A DNA stretch of 63,786 bases, counting the filler, from Salisapilia sapeloensis CBS 127946 (taxonomy: Eukaryota > Protista > Oomycota): the NCBI GenBank assembly GCA_023334545.1. It is 6 parts of 6 records of this genome, joined end to end, with 100 filler letters (N's around TTAATTAATTAA, not from the genome) between each part and the next. Parts side by side here need not be neighbours in the genome. Positions count along the whole stretch, not along the records: positions 1 to 16,879 come from JAADVB010000347.1; positions 16,980 to 25,978 come from JAADVB010000475.1; 4 more parts are not named here. One strand, written 5' to 3'. The notes under the pieces were generated by a model. That model did not search any database, was not told the DNA's origin, and saw only the letters and a list, made by a program, of their open reading frames with translations. Below, piece by piece: positions 11,154-22,414 of the stretch. The position numbers and the translations under genes were made by a program. How positions within the stretch are numbered: position 1 is the first letter of the stretch; every line of letters begins with the position of its first letter.

Positions 11154-12620
11154 TTAAGCAAAAGCCGGGTGATACTTCCGCTCTTCTTTCTTCTCATGCT
11201 CGTATTCTCTCTTAATGACAAGAAAGATGCTCTTGTACAAATCTTCAGCACCTCCATCCCACCAAGTCCCGCATAGGTGGTTACTTTGTACACGATAGAC
11301 GTACCACCTTCCCTTTCGAAAGTGTGTTGGCTTCTCTGTATCTGGAGGCTGGATGCTGTCGAGAGAGATGTGGGAAGCTGACCTTGCCATCTCACTTGCA
11401 TCAAGCGAAGAAGTGGATTCAGATCTAGGCAAACTTTCCTCATCTGGTTGACTGATACTGCTGTCTGCAGCATCCGCCATATCTCCCAGTACCTTGGGCA
11501 TCGCCTGAGGCTTTGGGAACCATGGCCTCATCATGGACTTAATATTAACAACCCCATCGTTATGCTCCCATTCATCCGACTTGAAACCTACCGCATACAT
11601 TAGATGTGTCTGATTAAAAAATAGCTCGAACGTACCATCAAATAGGGAGGGTAGTGTTCGAACACAACGTCGCATAAGCCACATAAAGCCATAGATGGAC
11701 GGCACTTGAGCCAGATTCAAGTTGCGCAATCTCTTGATCAAGTAGAATGCGAGTAGTATTAACACCGCTCCACGCGGCTCCTTCCTACGAGGTAGCTTCA
11801 AGTAGCTTATGCCACCCATCACTGCCAGTAGCAGCGTCTCCTTCGTTGGGAAGTGAGCATGTGTAGGTGAAGTTGCGACACTGAGAAGATAAAGTTTGTG
11901 CATATGCATCAATGTCTTATTACGCTCAACTCGACTCGCTGGAAGCGTATCAAACATGCCGAAATCTGCATCGGCGTTTCGAGCAATGTCATTCGACAGC
12001 ATCTCACGCAAAGTCCAGTCGTCCCATTGATCTAACTTTAAATCAAACCCCTTGCGTAGCCACGGAATATACGTGTAAAGTTTATGCCAAATTATGCCGC
12101 CAGATGCAAGGAAGCGAACGAGACTCCATGTTGGAATCCGTTTGTCGAGCAATCCGAGCGTATGAAACAATGTCGAGCCCGTTAATGGACCTGCGATACT
12201 AACGATACTACGTATCCAAGACGCATCACTTCCTACACCAAAATAGTCTTGACACAGGAGCTGGTATAGCTCTATAGAAGTCGTAGCACCCATGCTGTGA
12301 GCAACGAAGTGCACAGGGTTGTCAGTATTCCAATTGGGATGAAGAGCCTCGTACGTTCGTCCAAACCGTCGATGATTACATCGCACTGAGTGCTCGTCAC
12401 CATAGTCGACCGTTCCACCATAAAGCTGCCAAAACACTTCGCAAGCGCGATCGTGGTCGGACGAAATTGGACCACAGTCGACTATCACGTGATGATCGTT
12501 GAGCCTTTTGACTACTTTTTCAGGAAAGTAAGGAGCGAACGTTCCCCAAAGAGGGTAGTCAGTTCCAAAACCAAAGCCTCCGTGCACGAGAACAACAAGG
12601 TGCTTGGTTCGAGTCTCCAT
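11154..12620 (-). CDS. Lipase, alpha/beta hydrolase resembling bacterial family I.5/I.6
   Basis: VLVHGGFGFG oxyanion region, GPISSDHDRACE, GGTVDYGDEHS...HRRFGRTY, nucleophile elbow AHSMG, NDGVVN (Asp) and SNHL (His). Confidence 0.85.
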   Translation of the reverse strand: METRTKHLVVLVHGGFGFGTDYPLWGTFAPYFPEKVVKRLNDHHVIVDCGPISSDHDRACEVFWQLYGGTVDYGDEHSVRCNHRRFGRTYEALHPNWNTDNPVHFVAHSMGATTSIELYQLLCQDYFGVGSDASWIRSIVSIAGPLTGSTLFHTLGLLDKRIPTWSLVRFLASGGIIWHKLYTYIPWLRKGFDLKLDQWDDWTLREMLSNDIARNADADFGMFDTLPASRVERNKTLMHMHKLYLLSVATSPTHAHFPTKETLLLAVMGGISYLKLPRRKEPRGAVLILLAFYLIKRLRNLNLAQVPSIYGFMWLMRRCVRTLPSLFDGTFELFFNQTHLMYAVGFKSDEWEHNDGVVNIKSMMRPWFPKPQAMPKVLGDMADAADSSISQPDEESLPRSESTSSLDASEMARSASHISLDSIQPPDTEKPTHFRKGRWYVYRVQSNHLCGTWWDGGAEDLYKSIFLVIKREYEHEKKEERKYHPAFA

Positions 12621-13069
12621 TGAGGACGAGAGAGGGTGGATTCAAAATGGAAGAAGATTTGCAGTTCCTTGAAATTCGAATTTCCAAATCTGATTATTGT
12701 CGGCTCGAATCCAACTTTCCTGTGGCGGTTCATTGACTTGCCAGGCTCGAATTCTCTGTGCATCAAATGTAAAATTTAGACTCCTGAAAGTATATCGACG
12801 AGAAGTACGATATGAAGAGGAGTTGTCGGAAAGGTAGGAGTAACAGATAAAAAATCTTCGTGGTTTCTTGGTACATTTGAAGTGTGATAAGCGCAAGAGA
12901 AAGGTGGCTATAGCCTAAACTTTTCGCGTTCAATAGTGTCAACTCTTAGTTGCTTTCTATCTTCTCTTCTCCATCTCCATCTATACATCGTAGCCCTCTC
13001 GAAGCTTTCGGCTATCTTTCCAGCCTAATATCGCATCTATCCTTATTTTCGAGCTTCGCACAAAACCGT

Positions 13070-13085
13070 GCATTCTCCAATTTAC
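13070..13085 (+). promoter_or_regulatory. Oomycete INR+FPR core-promoter motif (no intact gene downstream)
   Basis: GCATTCTCCAATTTAC matches the oomycete initiator/flanking consensus (YCATTYY-N-CAWTTT-like). It is followed by ATG at 13094 of a 63-aa ORF. Confidence 0.5.
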
Positions 13086-14382
13086 CATAGCGTATGCAAC
13101 TGAAATCCAGCGATCCGCGCTCATCGTTTAAGACCTCCTGGGAAACCAGGTCTTTCTGGAGGTCACTTCTTCGCCAACGTGTGTCGGTCGAGCAAAGGGT
13201 TTACGTTATGCGACTGAATAGTCTCGCACTGTTGAATGGGTTGATGCAAGACTGCCCGACGGAACCGATGCGTGAAGACTGCTAGGACTTTGAATTTCTA
13301 AGACGAAGATGCGTGGAACAACTGGAGATATGCATCTATAAAAGGGGACGCCGGAGGTATTGTGAGTAAATAATGTAGGCGGAAAGCTATGGGGCACATG
13401 CGCTGCAGATATGCGTAATCTTCTATATCCAAATATTGCTGAACATAGGAAGACCAGTAGGTTTCCAATGCTCTTTCGTTTTCGCTTATAATAATTTGTA
13501 GTCGGTAAATTTAAATGGAAATAACAATATCACATTCTACGCATTTGGCTCCGTCTCAGGTTAGTGATCGCAGAAATGAAGTAAAGTTTGAAGCTGCTAC
13601 GTGCTATTAAAGTCGGGTAATTACAGTCATTCTATCTTTTCTCTAAATCCTATCGTTATTTTATACGAATGCCTCTTGATTCGCGAGATACAAGAAATTT
13701 TATAATGATTAATAGAAAAATCGGTTTCTAAAACTCATCTACCTATTGCATATCCCGTAAGGAACCGAAAAAGAACTCGACAGTGAAGAGCTCAAGCATA
13801 ACATAATGCTTTTATATGAAGTATGGTACGAAGCGCCAGTTTAACGTTGAGCAAAGTTTGCCATAGGGTGGTCACAACGACTTCTTTATTCAATGGTAGC
13901 TTTTCACTTTACGCTTTTGATGCAGGTGAATGAATTAAATAGTAAGGGTAATTCAACTTCAGCTATAACTTCATATTTGCTTTTTGTAGTTTGGAGCTGA
14001 AGGTGCCAATTGAAGTCCATTCTATTGTCAGCAGCTTCGGCATGAAACGATCGAGAAGCGACACCACGATAAAACGGCCATCTATATTTAATAGTAAAAA
14101 ATTCTTTAGAATTTGGGCTGAGAGGTAACCACTTTGCAAGCGAGGTTGACTTTCCGGATGGATTACATGGGCTCACACCAGACGACCGTTCACCTCATTC
14201 ATAGCCTAAGCCTGTTTAGAAGGATATGGGCTTCTCGCCAAATAAATTTAGCCTTCTACCGGCCAGTAGTTGAACTTCATTGACACTAAAAATATACTCC
14301 GCAATGGCCTCTGTCGTCGCGAAACTCATTCAAGAATATTCCCTCTAAATCGAAGCAGTTTGGTGTTTTATTCATCAAGGAT

Positions 14383-16879
14383 ATGCGTGCGAAAAAGTGC
14401 TTGATCTTTATCGTGTTACTCGGGTGTCTGCCTCGTATGATACGTAGCTATGCTCCGAATCACTTTATAGGAACTTGTCTAACCCCAGAATGGGTCGCTG
14501 AAACGGAAAGAAAGCTTGAAATTGATTCCAAGAAACGTGATAAATATGGCAGACATGAGCATCCATTCCTTCGCCCTGCTTCTACGACTCAACACCATTT
14601 TGTAGAAGACGATCGCCAGTCTTTGGCGGATATATTCTCCGGCCAGTGTCTACGCGATCATATTGGATTTTATGGCCCTAACGCACAGGTCGATGAGGGT
14701 GATAACATAATCAGTCAAGATGACTTTCGAGGCACTCTTGTGGTTGAAATTCAAGAATGGGCTACTCATGCTATCACCGCGATGATATACTCTATTCTCG
14801 CTCAAGAAATTCTGGGATATAAAGTTTCAATTCTAAAGACAGGCCTGGAACTTTCAATGGCCGAAAGAATGTCGCCTAAGGAAGCAGGGATATGTACACC
14901 AACGCATGTAAATTTAGAATCATGGGATGCTAATAGGCATAGCTTGTACGCCATCTACCACGATGATGTAGCTCGGTTAGGTAGCATCGGTTATTATGGC
15001 CGATCGGGTATTTATACCACTACCGACTTCGTGAATCTTGCATTAAATAAGACCGCCTTCGGCTCTGGGCCGTACTCAGTTGATTTTTGGCGTGATTACA
15101 AGACGGAGGATGCAGTGATTAGTGCTGTTTCCATGAACAAATTTAACAATACCGCTTTTTATCCAACTAGCGAAGTATACTGTGAAGACGGTAAGTTGGG
15201 GTGCCTAGATAATTGTGCAAAGACGCACGCATGCACACTTCGAGAAGAAGGAGGTGGTGAGTGTATAGTCGTTCAGCTCATGGTCGACTCGTATGATCCA
15301 GGGTACTTTCAGGCAGTGCTTGATAACTTGGATGTTCCAGCCTACATGTGCTTCATCGGCTATGACGGTGTGCAACTGTATGCCAGTTATGCAAAAGAGA
15401 ACAAAATTCCAATCCTTTTTTATCATTATGAACCGGATGTATTTCATGCAAAGTACAAAGGAGACTTTCAGCGAATTCTATTACCACTCACGAGGCCTGA
15501 AAGAGTGGTCCTAGACACGAATACATTCGGTGAGAACGGATATGGGCAGCGAACGAATAATAAGGTTGACGTCGATTTTCCATCGATGACCTTGAGCAAA
15601 TACATGAGTAAAATACTTGAGGACACCGAAGCAGGTGCTCTCGCGCAAGATATTTCTATTTCTCAATTGCACGTCAATGACATTATGGAGCGGTACTTTA
15701 ATGAGACAAATAGCGGAAACAGCTCCGACCCCTACTTCACAGTTGCTTGTGGCTGGATCCGAGACAATTACAAGTCTTGGGACGCTTGGTTGAGTCGTCC
15801 GGGCATCTGCACATTTGAAACGCATGTAAAGTATACAATCACCGGATGTGGAAACTCATCGAGAGAAAGGGTCATCACATTTGAATGGAAAGATCCTGAT
15901 CCTGATAATCCGTCTCTACCTACTAGCTGTGACGGAGGGTTATTAAGCTTGCCAGATCCAATTCGGACGAGTCGTACATGTGAATGGCTTGAACCACGAT
16001 ACAATATTTGGACAGGATGGCTTGAGCAGTTGGATTATTGTGACCAAAGCTATTATGAGTACAGAGTCTCCGATTGTGATGATAATGCGTATCGATACGT
16101 CACATATCACTGGCTTCTTCCAAATGCAAGTGACCCGTCAAAGCCTATTGACTGTGAAATCAAAGACATCACACTACCGGATGATGTGGTGATTCATTGT
16201 GAATACGTCCCTACTTCTTCTTTGAGATATATTGCTGTGCTCATCACATGTGCCCTCTTTAATGCTGTGCTTATAATTTTACTTATTGCAGTATTTATCC
16301 GTCGTGACGCGCCAATTATCAAAAGATCGCAGTATCAACTTTTAATGACGATGATCATCGGCGGCATCATGACGGTCACAGCTACTTCATTGTACGCTGG
16401 AAAGCCAACCAAAGCTCTTTGCCTCATGCGACCAACCCTAATATGCTTAGGATTCACAACTATATTTGGTGCATTGATTGTGAAGTCTTTACGAGTTTAT
16501 CGCGTCTTTATGAAAAGCTCTATGAAAAAGCAAATCGTATCGGCATGGAATGCATTCATGAAGCTCTTTGGACTCTACTTTATAGATGCTATCATCCTAT
16601 CGGTGTGTTTTGCTGTCGACCCACCGATTCCGACGATCCGTGAGGTCAAGTCCGCCGAATTTGCAGGGTACGTTGATGTGAATGAATGCAGCTCAGAGAA
16701 TGGCATATTCAGCATCATGCTTATGTTTTGGAAAGCTATAATGCTCTTTATGGGCTTATACGCCTCATTCTTGATTCGACATGTATCTGCAGATTTCCAA
16801 GAAGCCATTTGGATCTTTGCATCAAGCGTCGTTGTACTACTGGGATGTCTGGTCATCTTACCATTGGCGTATATGGTAA
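14383..16879 (+). CDS. Class C (7tm_3 / GABA-B-like) GPCR-like membrane protein with periplasmic-binding-protein-like ectodomain; 3' end lost in gap
   Basis: Signal peptide and ~600-aa ectodomain with two Cys-rich repeats. TM region has class C hallmarks: RRDAPIIKRSQ..L, LC..RP...LGFT..FGALIVKSLRVYRVF, G..ASFLIRHVSADFQEAIWI. Confidence 0.8.
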
Positions 16880-16979
16880 NNNNNNNNNNNNNNNNNNNNN
16901 NNNNNNNNNNNNNNNNNNNNNNNTTAATTAATTAANNNNNNNNNNNNNNNNNNNNNNNNNNNNNNNNNNNNNNNNNNNN
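16880..16979. other. Artificial assembly linker (N44-TTAATTAATTAA-N44)
   Basis: 100-nt N run containing a six-frame stop cassette, identical at all five gaps. Confidence 0.98.
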
Positions 16980-17853
16980 CAAGAACTGGCACGTCGGCGT
17001 CCGAAACCAAAAGACTGGAAAGCTCATGGGTTTTATCAGTGGTATCCCAGTCCAGGTCCGAGTGTACGACTCGACCATGTCCATGGCCGAAGTGAACTTC
17101 TTGTGTGTGCACAAGAAGCTTCGTGCGAAGCGTCTCGCGCCAGTCTTGATCAAGGAGATCACTCGTCGAGTGAATCTGCTGGACATTTGGCAGGCAGTGT
17201 ATACCGCTGGTGTCGTTCTCCCGAAGCCAGTCTCCGAGTGTCGCTATTACCACCGCTCTTTGAACCCCAAGAAGCTCATTGAAGTCGGCTTCTCTCCCCT
17301 TCCACCACGTATGACCGTCGCAAGCACGGTCAAAATGCTCAAGCTGCCAGCATCCACGAGTACACCAGGTCTGCGTCAGATGGAAGAGAAGGACGTGCCG
17401 CAAGTGACTGCTTTGCTGCAAGAGTACTTGTCGAACTTTGACTTGGTGCAGCAATTCAATGAAGACGACGTGAGACACTGGATACTCCCGCGTGAAGGCG
17501 TCATGAACGCCTACGTCGTGGAAGACCCTGAGTCGCACATCGTCACGGACATGTGCAGCTTCTACCATTTGCCATCCACCATCATCGGGAACGACAAGTA
17601 CAAGTCGCTATACGCTGCTTACTCGTACTACAATGTCGTGACATCCGTATCGTTAGAGACACTTATGCAGGACGCATTGATCTTAGCGAAAGGAAAGAAG
17701 TTCGATGTCTTCAACGCTCTTTCGCTCATGGACAACGACCAGATCTTCCAGTCGTTAAAATTCGGAAAAGGTTCCGGCGAGCTGCAGTATTATCTGTACA
17801 ATTGGCGCTGTCCTCGTATGCCTGGTAGCAAAGTTGGCATCGTCCTGTGCTAG
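16980..17853 (+). CDS. NMT: Glycylpeptide N-tetradecanoyltransferase (N-myristoyltransferase), 5' end lost in gap
   Basis: WHVGVR..KLMGFISGIP, EVNFLCVHKKLRAKRLAPVLIKEITRRVN, YYHRSLNPKKL, FDVFNAL, FGKGSGELQYYLYNW. Confidence 0.97.
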
Positions 17854-17899
17854 CAATGTAGAGACTTGATAAAGCAACAAAGAGATAGTTCATTTTGCT

Positions 17900-19487
17900 T
17901 TAAAACGAGTCAAACGTATGTGGAGATGGTGTCGTAGCAGCTAGTAGTTGATCGATCGGCACACGCTTCTGTTCCATCGAGTCTCGATCACGCACCGTCA
18001 CGCAATTGTCATCTAGTGAATCAAAGTCGATCGTCAAGCACATGGGCGTGCCGATCTCATCATGTCGACGATATCGTCGACCAATACTGCCATTGACATC
18101 GTAGTCGACGCTAAAGCCACCTGCAGCAAATTTACTGAACAAGGACGTGGCTAATTCCTGCAGCGGCTCTTTCTTGACTAATGGTAGGATGGCGAAGCGG
18201 TAGGGAGCAATGTCCGGATGCAATCGCAACACTGTCCGTTTCCTACCTTTTACTTCCTCTTCATCATAAGCATCCAAGAGCATCGCAAGCATGAGTCTAC
18301 CAGCTCCGAGTGCTGGCTCAATGACGTGAGGGACGATGTCTTCTCCAGTGCTCTCGTCGTGATACATCAGACTCTTGCCACTCGCACGCATGTGGTTGTT
18401 TAAGTCAAAGTCCGTTCGATTAGCAATGCCCCACAGCTCACTCCAGCCGAATGGGTACTTGTACTGCAAGTCTGTCGTTGCCTTGGCATAGTGCGCAAGC
18501 TCTTGCTGTTCATGATCATGCCGACGGATGTTGTCTGACTTCATGCCGTAGCGAAGTAGAAAGTCATGGCATGCATCCACCCAGTACGTAAAGTAGTCGT
18601 CGGATTCAGACGGATGCGTGAAGAATTGTAGTTCCAACTGCTCAAACTCTCTTGTTCGGAAGAGGAAATGACCTGGTGAGATTTCGTTCCGAAAGCTCTT
18701 ACCCATTTGTCCGATACCGAAAGGAAGTTTTTTTCGCATCGTACTTTTCACGTGTGCAAAGTTGATGTAAGCACCTTGTGCTGTCTCTGGACGAAGGTAG
18801 ATCCAGTTGGAAGTTTCGTCCGTCGAGCCCATGTTTGTACGGAAGAGCAGATTGAATTGCTTTGTTTCTTCAAATGTATGTGTCTTGCCACATTTCGGAC
18901 ATGGGATCTCTCTCTCGATAAGAAGAGTATCCATCTCCGAGTGAGACATGGTAGCTACTCTATCGATTTCTTCAGGAGACGATAAAGAAGACTCGAGTAG
19001 TTGATCGACTCGGACACGAGTATTACAGGATTTGCATTCCGTCATCGGGTCTGTAAAGTTACCGACGTGACCAGAGGCTTCCCACACTAGTACATTGTTT
19101 CTTAGTGTGGATGTAGAGAGTAGTTATGAGAGGTTTGATCCTACCTCCAGAGTTCATGAGGACACTCGAGTCGAGACCGACGCAATTTGGACGCTTTTGT
19201 ACAAATTCAAACCACCATCGATCTTGGATATTCTTCTTCATCAACATACCTATGATCGAATGCAATGAGTAAAGCTAATGACGAAATGCAGGGCAGTGCT
19301 TACCAAGTGGACCGTAGTCGAAGCTGTTGGCTAGACCGCCGTAGATTTCGGAACCAGGGAAAATGAAACCACGATGACGACAGAGTGCAACGAGCTTCTC
19401 TTGCAATCCACCCTTGGCATCGCTCTTGCTTGCAAAGGATCGAGCTGCCCTTGAAGCTGCTCGAGCTGGAGTCCAATTGCGCAGCAT
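17900..19487 (-). CDS. glyQS: Glycyl-tRNA synthetase, short bacterial alpha2 (GlyQS) type, with putative mitochondrial presequence (3 exons)
   Basis: [24 protein letters not shown] / VWEASGH..F.DP / YLRPETAQG / [15 protein letters not shown] / RTREFEQ / [15 protein letters not shown]. Intron 19303..19250 plus a second short intron. R/A/S-rich N-terminus [20 protein letters not shown]. Confidence 0.95.
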
Positions 19488-19922
19488 ATCTAGGAAATGT
19501 ATGGTGTGCACAGATATTGCTTGTCAAAGGGTGGTCCGTATTTCTTGCAAGCACTTGCCATTCAAACAACACGTTTATAACATGAATAAATCTATATATT
19601 CGAGACGAACCGATTGTAAGCTAGAAGCTAGATCGTCGAGTACATCCGCTGGTGTCTGCATGGTGCATTCATATCCAGTCCAAGCTAACAACTCTCTTTT
19701 TGATTCTGAAATATGTAAAAATGAGGGAATATGTGTCTCCTAATAGCCTTAAAGATATTTTTCTCATTGTATATTGTGCGTAGCATTATTCCAGACTCGA
19801 AAGTTGAAGGCAAGAGGTAGTCTACTACTTGAAGTGCAATAAAGTATCCATTTTAAAATCTGAGTGTGCTGTATTGGTGCTTCCATCTCTACTCGCTTCT
19901 TACACGACATTCGAACCAAACT

Positions 19923-20885
19923 CTAATGCACAACTTTACCCTCCACAATATCGCCACTGTCTTCTCCTTGAACCTGTTGCTTAATGTAATTCAAAATGAT
20001 GACAGCCGGGCGTTCCTCAAAGGAAGTCAGCATATCCTTGCTCGAAGTCACTTGGTCGCCCAGGAGACGATTGAGGAGCGTCACACAGATGACCGCGACT
20101 CGAATATTCAGTCGATGGCAGAAAGCAGCGACAGCCCTGCCTTCCATCTCGACATTCTTCACACCGGCAGCGGCACAGCGCTGGAGGTAGTTCATCTTGT
20201 CTTCCGACGTGTACTCGCAGATAGCTCCGTCGAGTCGACCTTGTCCTTCGTAAAAGTCATCACTCGTAAGCGTCTTGCCAGATGTGCACGGAATTTTTAA
20301 TGCTTCCGCAGATTTTGCCAATGCGTCTGCAATCTCTTCCGAACAAATCGCAGGACGCTTCACGGTTTCACCTAAGACAGCAATTTCCTGCACAGCTTCT
20401 AAACGGTGATTCACAGCTTCCGTCGTCATGACGACAGTGCCCGGGTCCACACCGACTCCTCCACTGGTACCCATGCGAATGTAGACGACGTCCTTGGCAC
20501 CAGCATAGCCCAACAGCTTGGTCACTTCGTGCAGTAAGATGCTGACCGAAGGCATACCCATGCCATGGCTTGCAACGAGCACAGGTCCAACCTTGTATAG
20601 CACGTACCGCGTGCTGCTTCCAATTGGAGACAGCGTGTACCCAAAGGGGGTCGGGAGCTCCAATGTTGACGCAACGCGATGGGCAAAGTTGCCCATCCTT
20701 TCGTTCGAACCGCCGATAACAAAGAACTTTACATTGTGGAAGCGTCCTTCGATGGCTTTCTTCGTCTCCTCACTGTAGGTGATGCCGAGATGGTATAGCA
20801 CATCCGACGACAGGTCTTTCAAGTGGGTATTGGAAGCCATTGGTGCATGCTCCGTGCCAGTCACTGGTACGTCTTTCGTCGCCAT
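19923..20885 (-). CDS. UPP: Uridine phosphorylase (eukaryotic UPP1/2 type)
   Basis: DVLYHLG, KFFVIGGS..RM, RYVLYKVGPVLVASHGMGMPSVSILLHEVTKLL, RMGTSGG, DFYEGQGRLDGA, NVEME. Confidence 0.95.
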   Translation of the reverse strand: MATKDVPVTGTEHAPMASNTHLKDLSSDVLYHLGITYSEETKKAIEGRFHNVKFFVIGGSNERMGNFAHRVASTLELPTPFGYTLSPIGSSTRYVLYKVGPVLVASHGMGMPSVSILLHEVTKLLGYAGAKDVVYIRMGTSGGVGVDPGTVVMTTEAVNHRLEAVQEIAVLGETVKRPAICSEEIADALAKSAEALKIPCTSGKTLTSDDFYEGQGRLDGAICEYTSEDKMNYLQRCAAAGVKNVEMEGRAVAAFCHRLNIRVAVICVTLLNRLLGDQVTSSKDMLTSFEERPAVIILNYIKQQVQGEDSGDIVEGKVVH

Positions 20886-21013
20886 TCTGCAAGTTGATGA
20901 ATGTGGAGAGTTTCGAGATATTCGGAGGTCGGTTCAGTCTAAGATGACGAAGCAAGTGAACTTCAACCCTACCTTCAAGATCTTATTCGAGTGCACGACA
21001 GCCACACGATCAA

Positions 21014-22137
21014 TTGACAAGAACGATGCGCTGGATGTGGGTACTGGTGTCGCTATTGGACAATATTGCAGCCAACTTGGACGCAGTCGATACCGCTGCG
21101 CTATGCGAGTGCAACAAGGTCTTGCGAAGCGTTGGCCGGACGAGGGAGAGGCCGACATTGTCTGGTAATTGGTCAATACTTGATAAAGTGAGCGTCGAAA
21201 TTGTGCATGTCCTATGTGCATTGGATTGCTTTCGCCGTCGAGGTCGACGAAAGAGTAAAGCGGCGACTTTCCAATTGAAGGTGTTGGCACATGAACTGGC
21301 ATTGATAGGTCTCGGTGTACGTGCATCGTATCTTGTGGATGTGATGCTAATAGCTCCAGAGCACATTCCGATCATACTAAAAACGGTGATGGAAACGGAA
21401 AAGTGGAGGTCAGTGGGGTTGGAAACGATCATCGGGGGTGAACTTGCAGGAAATGTGTTTATCATGAACCCACGTGCCATGATTTTACAATCAGCTAAAG
21501 CATTGATTCATCCAGCCGACCTCACCGTCATTGACGTGCACTCTTGCCTTGACGGTCCTCGCAAATTAGCTCCTGACGACCAAAAGTATCTGTCTGAAGT
21601 TTGTCAAACGATTGTCGGATTGTGCCAAAAGATGATATCGGCTGAGGCTGACGTTGTAATGGACCTCAATGCAAGCACTATCCATCGGATAGCCATGGCA
21701 GGAGTGATCTTAGGCTATCCGATCATTTATACGTTGATCGGCGATGGCAACGTAGCCGACAGAAGTGAGTGGCAAGGAGAAGAGAACTGCTTGGGCATGT
21801 GTCCACTGCTTGTATTCGACTCGAGTTTCCGGTGCGTGCTTGCAATTACTTTCGCGTTTAATACTGGCTATTCACCACCACGATCCTCAGGATAAGCTAA
21901 CCTTTTATGTACATCTGCATCTACTGTAGCACTGGAGACATTCGAGAGCCAGTGATCCGATTGCACCAGTTCTCCGTACCAAGGTTAATTGCTCCACAAT
22001 CTCATGACCAAGCAAGGATCAAAGCTTTGATGCATCAAAAAGTGGCTGAAATGCTCCAGACTGCAGGAGTTGACCTCTCTACTATTGCGATCGACATTGG
22101 CTGCACAACTGCACGTCTACCGCTTGTCGGATTATAG
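21014..22137 (+). CDS. UPF0739 / C1orf74-like (DUF4504) protein (2 exons)
   Basis: Matches recalled C1orf74 motifs: ELALIGLGVRASYLVD, VILGYPIIY, EENCLGMCPLLVF, QFSVP and C-terminal LPLVGL. Intron at 21832-21929. Confidence 0.75.
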
Positions 22138-22414
22138 TTCTGGTCGACCATCGTGTTGAGCTCCTTAGCGGAGACTTTTCCGCTGAAACATCTGATATCG
22201 TTGAAGTCCCCTGATCCCCTGGTAGGTCAGAATGAGGCGGTTGGGATAGGTTTGCATACCCTTACTCAGACGCCGATTAGCTTGTCGAACCGGCTGGTTT
22301 AGCAGACTGCAACAACCTTACACAGAGTAAGTGGGGTTGGGAATAGCCATGGCGTACAGACCTTCCTAGGGCAATTTCATTAAGCGTTTGTGCGTCGTGA
22401 CGTCACGAGTTGAG

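Noticed and set aside
22140-22385. Possible RNase MRP/P-like RNA (GAAGTCCCC ... GGGGTT, several small hairpins)
   Set aside because: CR-V (GGGCUUA-like), the GARAR loop and a closing P1 helix are not convincing. It is more simply the promoter/5' UTR of the downstream gene. An Infernal RF00030/RF00009 scan would settle it.
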